From: an uncultured Nitrososphaerota archaeon
Lineage (GTDB): Archaea; Thermoproteota; EX4484-205; JAAOZP01
Assembly: GCA_964635675.1 (NCBI GenBank)
Contig: CAZWPT010000003.1
Span: forward strand, 3,672 to 67,671
Length of the DNA stretch: 64,000 nucleotides
Direction: 5' to 3'
Numbering within the stretch: the first letter of the stretch is position 1; each line of letters starts with the position of its first letter. The translations under genes and the position numbers were made by a program. The notes under the pieces were generated by a model. The model saw nothing but the letters and a program-made list of their open reading frames with translations, was not told where the DNA came from and did no database searches. Positions 11,001-18,212 of the stretch are shown here, piece after piece.

Positions 11001-13525
11001 AGCGAGGGACCTATGATCCTTATTTCTGAGCCGGAGGGCACTGCCATCGTTGTTTCATCCCAAACCCTGGTCACCATGTATGTCTCGTTCACGAACACTA
11101 GGAACAACTGGGGTTCCCTAGGCTTCGGGTTCAACGTTATTTTAAGCATTGACGACGGTTTTACGACGAAGCGTTTAGAATTAGTGTCGATCCTAGTGCC
11201 GTTTGCTAGGAGCAGCTCCGTTGAAACCTCCAGCACATGCTCGGAGTCAACATGGTGTGGCGCCTCGAAGACACGTTTTACGGCAAGATAGGCAGGTGAT
11301 GATGAAGATGGTATTTCAACGCTTATGTTCTCACTGACTAGAGTTTTATTGGAGGTTATATCGTTCAACCTCCAGCTTAGCACTGCGTCGAAAGGCTCCT
11401 GAAACACGTCGTTCACAAGCCAGAGCGCAATCCTAACTGTTGAGCCTGGAAGAAAGAATAGGGATGTCAGATTATGCCTATAGTCCCCGTCAACCATTAT
11501 TACGGTATGCACAGGGTTGAAAGCGTTCCTAACCTCGTAGTAAGACTCTTTCTTAAAGCCGTAAGAATCTATGATTGAGCCGCTGACGAGCAGGGGGTAG
11601 TCTGTAAGCGGAAGAACATTAACACCTATAGAAATATTGTACCTAAGTATTCTAACCCTATCTATCGCATGCCTCAAAACCAGAGATTGGTACTTCTGGC
11701 TTAGCTCAATTAAGCTGGAGAGGTTCTCAGCCGCATCCCTCCAGTAGGCGTTTTGGAAATCCGGGTCAAGCCCTTCCGCCTCGAGAAGCTGAAGAACCTG
11801 CTCATAAGGCAGGGTTTGAACCTCTTCCCAGAATGGAGAGTTTAAACTGGGCAAGCCCACTGGACTAATTACGTTTGGAAAAGATTCCTTGTAATGCAGG
11901 TAGTCAACCCAGCTGCCCGTTCCCCAACCGTAGTCTACGAACCTGTCAACATAATCGTATGCCTCAACGTATGATAGAACTATGATTCCCTTATTCACCT
12001 CTTTAACCAAGACGTTCAGATCACGGTCAAGGTAGAAATTGGTTCCAGAACCATAGTATGGTGACTCCTTGTTCAGCCACGGCGGGAGGGTGTGGGGGCA
12101 GACTATTGTTATCGAGGGATAGTTGTACGTTAGCAGTAACAGTTCAACGAGCTGCATCTTCACGAGCCTAGCATAGTTTTCAGAGTAGTCTAGGGCAGGG
12201 TAAGCGCCTATCAGGGGGAAGTCCAGCTGGACGATGAAGCCTTTCAAAGAGGTTAACTCATAGAACTCTTTCGGCTCAACATGCGCGAACGACCTTAAGA
12301 AATTGACATTGGCCCCTCTCAGCAGGCTGAGCGTCTCATTCATTTTGACGCTACGACTTGTGTCGATAAGCCATTCGAGCCTAGAGAAATACGACCCGCC
12401 CCTCAGAAAAACATTCCTACCGTTTACTTTAACGTAAGGATTCTTCTGGGAAATCGAACCCTCTAAGAAACGTATTCCAAATAATGTTTCAACCGACCCG
12501 GCGTACTCATCACCATGGTGCAGACTAATGTTGAGAAGGTAAACGTTTGGAACACCAATATCCCATGGGAACCAGTATGCTGGGTCCCGGAGGGAGATGC
12601 TTAACGTTTCCCACCTTCTTTCCCCAGCAGAAAGCTGTATGCTGAACGACTGTTCTAAGCCGGTTGTGTTATTGGAGCCAAGGTCTTTTATTCTTACGGA
12701 TGCTAGAAAGCTATCGTCAACACTCCCCTTGTTCTGAAGTAGAATACGCAGGTTTAAGGAGGCAGGGTTCGAGTACTGTGCTGCATCAACTAAGACCAGG
12801 TTAATAACGGGATCCAGCGTCCCGACGAGGGTGACGCCTCCAGATATCCCGATGTAACTGTCGTGGAGGTTTGGAAGAACTTCTGAGAAAGAGTATATGC
12901 CCATCGGGTGAACCCTAGATTCATACGTTTCCTGGACTGGAGACTCTAAGTATAGGGTCAGTAAGTTGACACTGTCGCGAACAACAATTCCATCTATGTC
13001 GAAGAAGAATTGGGAAAAATAACCCACGTGCTCCCCCAGATAGAAGCCGTTCAACCAGACTTTCGCAGCAACCCAGACTCCTGAGAAAACAAGCCTCAGC
13101 CTCTGCCCCCTCATTTCACTAGGCACTGTGAATGATGTTCTCACCCATAGCGAGCTGTTTGATCTAGTTGACTTAAAAAGGAAGGGTGCTTCAACCCTGC
13201 TCCAGGAAGAATCATCATAATAAGGATCATAGTAAAGATTAATGTTTCCAGGGTCAAAAGCGTCAACCTTGTAACTCCACTTCCCAGTCAATTCATGTTT
13301 AGAGAGATAGAAGTAGTCGAAAGGCGCCAAGTATGCAGAAGCCTTGTCAACCAAATTTTCAGAGGGCTCTACGAAGAAATATCGTAAACCAGGCAGAATC
13401 AGAGCCGCTATCAAAAACGATACTGAGACTATTGTTAGAAGCGGCTCTACGATTCTCCTCGACGCCATCACCGGATTGCTTCCAATTGAAGCACGATATA
13501 AGTTTTTACTTAATGTTTTAACCAT
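8093..13525 (-). CDS. Giant membrane protein fusing a GH2-like glycosidase ectodomain, an FtsX/MacB-type permease module and a C-terminal cytoplasmic domain
   Basis: 1810 aa in a single ORF. The N-terminal signal-anchor TM is followed by a GH2 sugar-binding jelly-roll (WSRVEAPFLF...RLVFSGVWVAAKVWLNGFYLGEHVGYF...DIDGIV). Next come an Ig-like domain and a TIM-barrel-like region (VKVNGRNVFLRGGSYF...). Further beta-rich domains are dense in N-x-S/T sequons. At aa 1064-1547 there are about 8 TMs with two FtsX signatures (LKKRKLRTTLTLVSITI; LLFYTLVYERRNEIFIFSSVGLNPTHISSLFIVEAGVFGFIGGG) and a MacB-PCD-like extracytoplasmic loop. A 263-aa cytoplasmic tail of unknown function follows. Confidence 0.7.
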   Translation of the reverse strand: MVKTLSKNLYRASIGSNPVMASRRIVEPLLTIVSVSFLIAALILPGLRYFFVEPSENLVDKASAYLAPFDYFYLSKHELTGKWSYKVDAFDPGNINLYYDPYYDDSSWSRVEAPFLFKSTRSNSSLWVRTSFTVPSEMRGQRLRLVFSGVWVAAKVWLNGFYLGEHVGYFSQFFFDIDGIVVRDSVNLLTLYLESPVQETYESRVHPMGIYSFSEVLPNLHDSYIGISGGVTLVGTLDPVINLVLVDAAQYSNPASLNLRILLQNKGSVDDSFLASVRIKDLGSNNTTGLEQSFSIQLSAGERRWETLSISLRDPAYWFPWDIGVPNVYLLNISLHHGDEYAGSVETLFGIRFLEGSISQKNPYVKVNGRNVFLRGGSYFSRLEWLIDTSRSVKMNETLSLLRGANVNFLRSFAHVEPKEFYELTSLKGFIVQLDFPLIGAYPALDYSENYARLVKMQLVELLLLTYNYPSITIVCPHTLPPWLNKESPYYGSGTNFYLDRDLNVLVKEVNKGIIVLSYVEAYDYVDRFVDYGWGTGSWVDYLHYKESFPNVISPVGLPSLNSPFWEEVQTLPYEQVLQLLEAEGLDPDFQNAYWRDAAENLSSLIELSQKYQSLVLRHAIDRVRILRYNISIGVNVLPLTDYPLLVSGSIIDSYGFKKESYYEVRNAFNPVHTVIMVDGDYRHNLTSLFFLPGSTVRIALWLVNDVFQEPFDAVLSWRLNDITSNKTLVSENISVEIPSSSSPAYLAVKRVFEAPHHVDSEHVLEVSTELLLANGTRIDTNSKRFVVKPSSMLKITLNPKPREPQLFLVFVNETYMVTRVWDETTMAVPSGSEIRIIGPSLNEKDTYVPQIISLGKLSVRETRNIEINLCPGAVAKVLAVVPSPFDLTIPTQEMYVLLLNETRLNQLMLNYDSSHLPLLGLLNITGNTLIVPSETNLSILVSITVGGRRTVVEIGNSTQPIRLSKNAKIYLDQPAFLQVKSYQTLVNETVESAERHVEETRNIGLYVGLELYRLEQIERSSLAVLNTSDPIKILAYQQEAVMSSVLIINAIQNIVRETRTNQIIVFVIVAILSLSIGSIIAERKDQYAMFTAITFIVLMTIAYQVFPGLSRITTLELQTGIYIVIIMFLLVFLAPYFLEIKSERGVSLIPALLIAISYSIGNLKKRKLRTTLTLVSITIMIIAISTLTSIRVSLTTNAIMVAKTWPADKPPVSMVIKPSGPLTLEDFSFIGAQREVSRIDYKVITPVAYGALDYVSEVPIYGVRGVSEGDPSLSLIKSATYPEHAIESLFNNSNTVLISRYLAARADVDIGMTIVFRGVRLKVAGIFDGGLVNVIKEPDGSHFLPMYILPGFENGPQPVPADNLLITDAFTAQRLGGYVSALYCTFKDNAQAREVSRRLALLANYSVITMPSSEGITYYFRGGSVEVFGATVLIPMIITVLNIMLLFYTLVYERRNEIFIFSSVGLNPTHISSLFIVEAGVFGFIGGGIGYILSMIIFKVFDVSNMIIPIDVKTTPIDMLSLIMMAFLTAMVSSTIPALKAAKIATPSLLRRWRMEEKVVKEGVWTVRIPVRIPSEKVETFVNYLYERLPQSSTALELVISDVAREEKLDENGNISYSVSFRYGKGGNRPFTALTAIEVKKDGEEYAAYVHTKSLYAVMLESNAHEVITHVRKLVLEWSTLRFNVAVVIGESIEYAATVVRKYRPQFLIIYSRSDVSGKVRELRRRVRSEGIWPPTIEVRRVESRDVNTLVERLSEEILTIDAVCLDSDDGLLSSALAIAAIRLNKNIITFDAEGKMYEISARKFVEKS

Positions 13526-13539
13526 GAGGCGAAGATAGA

Positions 13540-13549
13540 TTTATAAAAA
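13540..13549. promoter_or_regulatory. Archaeal TATA box (TTTATAAAAA) in the 49-bp divergent intergenic region
   Basis: AT-rich box 26 nt upstream of ATG 13575 (+ gene) and 15 nt from the minus-strand start at 13525. This suggests leaderless or very short-leader transcripts and a shared bidirectional control region. Confidence 0.5.
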
Positions 13550-13574
13550 GGCTGGGTTTCGAGATAGGTGAGAA

Positions 13575-15911
13575 ATGCCTGTGAAAGCACCCAGCCGGAT
13601 TATAGAAACATTTAAAAAACACTATTACATGCTATCTCTGCTTCTGCTCTTCCTATACGCATTGCTTTCTGTGAAGACAATTTTTCTAGAAGGCGTGATC
13701 CCGGGCTGGGACAATCCTGTGCACTACGTGAACTCCTATCTCACAGCGCTCCACATGTTTCCCAAGCTGGATATTCTAGGCTGGGACCCTTTCAACCAGT
13801 TCGGCTGGGTCTTCAACCTATACTACAACTCGGGCATGAGCATCTTCGTCGCGTCCATCCACAGCCTTTTCCTAGGGCGTATGGATCCTTTAATGGCTTA
13901 CAAGATTGCGTTTTTCCTAGCGTATTTCCTACTGGCCCCCGCCACATTCATGTTCGTCCACGCTTTAACAGAGGATAAAATCGCACCCGTAGTCGCCTCA
14001 CTGCTTTCAATAACAACCTTCACCGAAGAATCAGCATGGTTTGACGCTGGTTTAAAGCAAATGTACTACATAGGCATGTGGCCAGAGAGACTGGGCTTAG
14101 TCTTTCTGTTTTTCAGCATAGCCCTCTTGGCCTACTCCTTTAAATCTAAAGCGCTTTCAAAAACCCTGCTTTTCACTGGACTGGGCTCCCTGTTTTTCAC
14201 CATGGCTGTCCTAACCCATGTAATGATGGGGATTTCAGCGGCTTTAATGGCATTATTACTATGGCTATTTGTCTCCGCCAGAATATTGACCGACCTTTGT
14301 TCCGTTGACAAGCTTAAGCCGATCTTGAAAACCGAGGCCGTTGTCTTGGCGAAGTTTGCATCCATAGGCTTGCTTTCTATAGGGATGGCTGCTTTCTGGA
14401 TGGTCCCGTTGTTTCAAACAATAGACGCGTATCATAGTTTTCCAGCCGTCACATGGGCCACTGGACCATATATTTTTGGAGAAATATTTGCCAGTATACC
14501 GTGGTACTTGCTGGTTTTTTATTGTCTAGGCGCTTTCACGCCCGTTTACGCGAGAAAGAAAGTCTCCTATTCATCCTTAGCCGCCTCTGCAGTCATCCTT
14601 ATATTGCAGTTCCTTAACCTGGTTAACCTGTACGATGGCAACATCGGGCTGAGGCTTATTTTCGCATTCACGGCATCACTGGTTTTACTGGTTTCCTCCA
14701 AGGATCTCTATGTGCCGTTCCTGCTTGCATCCATATCCATCCTCGGTTTTCTGGCAACCGGCCCGGATACGTATCTTGTCTACTTCGGCCCGTTTAGGCT
14801 AGACCTACTTAGCCTAATACCTTTCGCAAGGAGCTTCGGCTACGCTAAGTTTAACGCTCCAGTCAGAATTCTAATACTCAGCTTAGCGGCCCTTGGTTTC
14901 TCGAAGATTTTGAGCAAGCTCTACGCGCTCTCCAAAACAACAAGGTTTCCAGCAGTTTTCTCAATAGTCTCCGGATTACTAGCGTTCTTGATTCTCAACT
15001 CTTCGCTTAGCGCTCAACTGCAGAACACTGATCTCGTCTACCCGTTTTCCAAGGAGAAGGTTTTCAAGCTAACCTCAGACTACCCCGGCTTCGAAAAGGT
15101 TGACGAGCTTATAGGCTGGGTGGAGAACAATGTTCCCAAAGACACTTACATACTGTTTCAGGATACTTTGGATTTCGGCGACAGCGAGGACTTTCAGACA
15201 TCGCACTATGTCTATATTGCTTCAATAAGGCTAAAAAGACCTATTATCGGCGGTTGTTTTGGGACCCGCTACATAACTAATACCTATGCCCTTACCGAGG
15301 GAGGGTATCTTCTAAGTTTCTCCGTTGAAAAGCTGATTAAGAACAATCTGATTCAGCGGCTGATGGATGAGCTTGGAATCGGCTACATCGCTATCCACGA
15401 TTCGAGACTAATAAATTTCTTAAACTCCTCCGCCGATTTTTGCCTTGAGTACTATAATGAGCTGTACGCAGTTTTTCGGAAAACTAATTTCTCAAAGATC
15501 GTTTTCATCCAGGGAGAGGGGACAGTTGAATCAGTAGATTTCACTATAAATAGAATTGAAGTCACGGTATCCAACGTGTCTGGAAATACTTCATATCTGA
15601 TAGTTAGGCAGGTGAACTTTCCAGGCTTCACCGCTGAGGCAGATGGGGAAATTATCCCGATAGACACGTACTATCCGAAGCTGCCAAACGTAATAACGGG
15701 TTGGCATGGAATCCAGCCAGTATTCAACTGGAGGATACCGTTCATTAGGGTGAAAATACCAGCCGGGTCTAATAGGGTAACGCTAAGGTTCAGTATGCAT
15801 ACTGTGGGAAGCGATGTATCAAAAATAGCCTGGGCAGTGTTTCTCTGTCTTTTGATCTCCGGCATAGCCCTGCCGATAGTGAGGAAGCTACGTGGAAAAT
15901 GGCGAAAGTAA
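13575..15911 (+). CDS. Polytopic membrane protein, putative GT-C-type glycosyltransferase (polyprenyl-phospho-sugar dependent)
   Basis: 778 aa. About 13 predicted TM helices in the N-terminal 480 aa with aromatic/Asp-containing extracytoplasmic loops (GWDNPVHY, GWDPFNQFGW). A roughly 300-aa C-terminal soluble domain ends in a TM anchor. The 3' end overlaps the UbiA-like gene by 13 nt. Confidence 0.45.
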   Translation: MPVKAPSRIIETFKKHYYMLSLLLLFLYALLSVKTIFLEGVIPGWDNPVHYVNSYLTALHMFPKLDILGWDPFNQFGWVFNLYYNSGMSIFVASIHSLFLGRMDPLMAYKIAFFLAYFLLAPATFMFVHALTEDKIAPVVASLLSITTFTEESAWFDAGLKQMYYIGMWPERLGLVFLFFSIALLAYSFKSKALSKTLLFTGLGSLFFTMAVLTHVMMGISAALMALLLWLFVSARILTDLCSVDKLKPILKTEAVVLAKFASIGLLSIGMAAFWMVPLFQTIDAYHSFPAVTWATGPYIFGEIFASIPWYLLVFYCLGAFTPVYARKKVSYSSLAASAVILILQFLNLVNLYDGNIGLRLIFAFTASLVLLVSSKDLYVPFLLASISILGFLATGPDTYLVYFGPFRLDLLSLIPFARSFGYAKFNAPVRILILSLAALGFSKILSKLYALSKTTRFPAVFSIVSGLLAFLILNSSLSAQLQNTDLVYPFSKEKVFKLTSDYPGFEKVDELIGWVENNVPKDTYILFQDTLDFGDSEDFQTSHYVYIASIRLKRPIIGGCFGTRYITNTYALTEGGYLLSFSVEKLIKNNLIQRLMDELGIGYIAIHDSRLINFLNSSADFCLEYYNELYAVFRKTNFSKIVFIQGEGTVESVDFTINRIEVTVSNVSGNTSYLIVRQVNFPGFTAEADGEIIPIDTYYPKLPNVITGWHGIQPVFNWRIPFIRVKIPAGSNRVTLRFSMHTVGSDVSKIAWAVFLCLLISGIALPIVRKLRGKWRK

Positions 15912-16759
15912 AGGATTTTTTAGTGGAAGCAAGGATTCTAGACTGGTATAAGAATCTACTTATACTGCTTGCACCATTCTTCGGCGGAAAGCTTCTACTC
16001 CCAGTCTATTATCCTAGCCTTTTATTGGGATTTCTAGCCCTGTCAGCGACCTCCAGTGCTTGCTACGTGATTAATGATATTAAAGATGCTGCTCAGGATG
16101 CTTATCATCCTAGGAAAAAAAATAGGCCTGTGGCTAGTGGGAAAATGAGTAGGGCTTCAGCGTTAATCTTCTCGATTATCCTACTGGGTTTTTCCCTCTT
16201 CGTCTCATACCGGGTGAGCATCCCCTTTCTAGTACTGTGCATCTCCTTATTCCTAAACTCGACCACTTACACTTTTTTCCTAAGGGATATAGCATGGTTA
16301 GACCTGCTTAGCATATCTCTTAATTACATCATTAGGTCGCTAGCAGGAGGCGAAATAGTTAATGTGTATATTTCACCATGGCTGTTGATTAGTGTCTTCT
16401 ATGTTTCAATGCTCTTTGCATTATCGAAAAGAAGGGAGGAATTAACCGCTTTAAATAAACCTGAACATCATAGAAAGTCTTTCAAGCATTATGACGTGGC
16501 TCTTATAGATCAAGCGATCACCGTCTTCTCAACCCTAATAATAATCTCTTATTCTCTCTATACTTTTCACTCGCCGTATGCAGATGGTCTCCTGCCTTTC
16601 ACGATTCCGATAATAACGCTAATAGTATTGCAGTTCATTTCGATTTCGAAAAAAACCGTGGAGGCTGGAATTATAAGAAGACTCCTGTCCAGCAGGATCA
16701 TATTTATAAGCCTCCTTATTTGGCTTGCAATAATGTTTTACTTAATATATTTAACATGA
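15899..16759 (+). CDS. UbiA-family prenyl-phosphate phosphoribosyltransferase-like (DPPR synthase-like)
   Basis: 286 aa, multi-TM. YVINDIKDAAQDAYHPRKKNRPVASG matches the NDxxDxxxDxxHPxKxxRPxAxG first Asp-rich motif of decaprenyl-phosphate 5-phosphoribosyltransferase (Rv3806c family). Confidence 0.7.
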   Translation: MAKVKDFLVEARILDWYKNLLILLAPFFGGKLLLPVYYPSLLLGFLALSATSSACYVINDIKDAAQDAYHPRKKNRPVASGKMSRASALIFSIILLGFSLFVSYRVSIPFLVLCISLFLNSTTYTFFLRDIAWLDLLSISLNYIIRSLAGGEIVNVYISPWLLISVFYVSMLFALSKRREELTALNKPEHHRKSFKHYDVALIDQAITVFSTLIIISYSLYTFHSPYADGLLPFTIPIITLIVLQFISISKKTVEAGIIRRLLSSRIIFISLLIWLAIMFYLIYLT

Positions 16760-16836
16760 GTCTTTCCAAATAATTGCTTGAAACAAGATTTTAGAGAAAT
16801 GAAGATTTATTAGTAGAGCGAGAGGAGTTTATCAGC

Positions 16837-17967
16837 ATGGTCCATATTTATGAACGAGACTGGGCGAGGGATGATATTCTTAAACGAGTTGGCAGCATGG
16901 AGCAGATTGCTGGGGTGAAAATAGCGGAATTCTCCAACGGTTTTGAACGCGGTGTAAAAGTTGCCGTAGTCAGAAACGGGGACCTAAATTTTCTAGTGGC
17001 AATAGACCGAGGTATGGATATAGTGAATGCAGAGTATAAAGGAGTACCGTTAAGCTGGATTAGCCCTACTGGGATAGTTGCACCCGGTTTCTACGAGCCG
17101 GAAGGGCTCGGGTGGCTCCGCGGCTTCCCAGGCGGATTAATGACGACATGTGGCCTAACCTATATGGGTGCACCTACTTTCGACGATGGCGAGAGCCTGG
17201 GGCTGCATGGACGCATATCCTACTCGCCGGCTAATCTGCTGAATGCCGATTGCTGCTGGGAGGGGGAAAAATACAAGATTGTTTTAGAAGGGGAGGCTAG
17301 AGAATCCAAGGTGTTTGAGCCAAACATCGTGTTGAGACGGCGAATAACAACGTTCCTAGGGGAGAGGCACATAGCAATACGTGACCTTGTGACGAACCGC
17401 GGGTGGAAAACACAGCCTCTGATGATACTATACCACATCAACATAGGTTTCCCCCTGCTGGATGAGGGTGCCAGGTTCTTGTCGACAACCGGCTGCCTCG
17501 CCCCGAGAGACCGGGATGCCTTAGAAGGTGTTGAAGACTTTGCAAGTGTCCATGGGCCAAGGCCCGGCTATAGGGAAAAAGTATACTTTCACAGCATGCT
17601 GAGTGATAGTGATGGGAACGCCTACGCTGCCATATTGAACCACAGGCTTCTCGGAGGCTTGGGAGTATACGTGAAGTATAACACTAGAGAGCTTCCAAGA
17701 TTCGTTCAGTGGAAAATGCTTGGCGAGGGGACATACGTTATGGGCATGGAGCCTGCGAACAGCCTCGTCTTGGGAAGAGACAAGGAGCGAGACTTTAAGA
17801 CACTGCAACATATTAAGCCTCAGGAAACAAGAGAATTCAACATTGAGATAGGTGTTTTAGTTGGAAGCGAACTAGCTGTTTTTGAAGAAAGGATAAACAG
17901 TGTGACAGGCATGAGGAGGCCTCGGGTGTTTGAAAACCTGGAAAGCTTCATCGAACTCTGCAGCTAA
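16837..17967 (+). CDS. Hypothetical protein, possibly galactose-mutarotase-like (DUF4432-like)
   Basis: 376 aa soluble protein. Assignment is by weak family resemblance only. Confidence 0.35.
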   Translation: MVHIYERDWARDDILKRVGSMEQIAGVKIAEFSNGFERGVKVAVVRNGDLNFLVAIDRGMDIVNAEYKGVPLSWISPTGIVAPGFYEPEGLGWLRGFPGGLMTTCGLTYMGAPTFDDGESLGLHGRISYSPANLLNADCCWEGEKYKIVLEGEARESKVFEPNIVLRRRITTFLGERHIAIRDLVTNRGWKTQPLMILYHINIGFPLLDEGARFLSTTGCLAPRDRDALEGVEDFASVHGPRPGYREKVYFHSMLSDSDGNAYAAILNHRLLGGLGVYVKYNTRELPRFVQWKMLGEGTYVMGMEPANSLVLGRDKERDFKTLQHIKPQETREFNIEIGVLVGSELAVFEERINSVTGMRRPRVFENLESFIELCS

Positions 17968-18212
17968 AAAGCAGGGTGGTTTCTAGCGCCTGTTTCTCAG
18001 CCAGTACTGAAGCTATTTCTCTCGAGAAAGCCTCTAGCGCGCTAGGCAGGCTCCAACGATACTCCCTACTGCAATTACCGTTATAAGCACGAGTACACGT
18101 TGCCTACGCATAATACTGTCTTCCACATGGGGAAACGATTTAAAGATTAACCGGAAGCTTTTTGAGCCTTAGCAGATAAACATATGAGTACCGGCCATTA
18201 AACTATGAGGGG

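Noticed and set aside
9546-11291. Several 60-94-aa +strand ORFs inside the giant 8093..13525 gene
   Set aside because: Antisense to a continuous 1810-aa ORF with clear domain content. No independent support.
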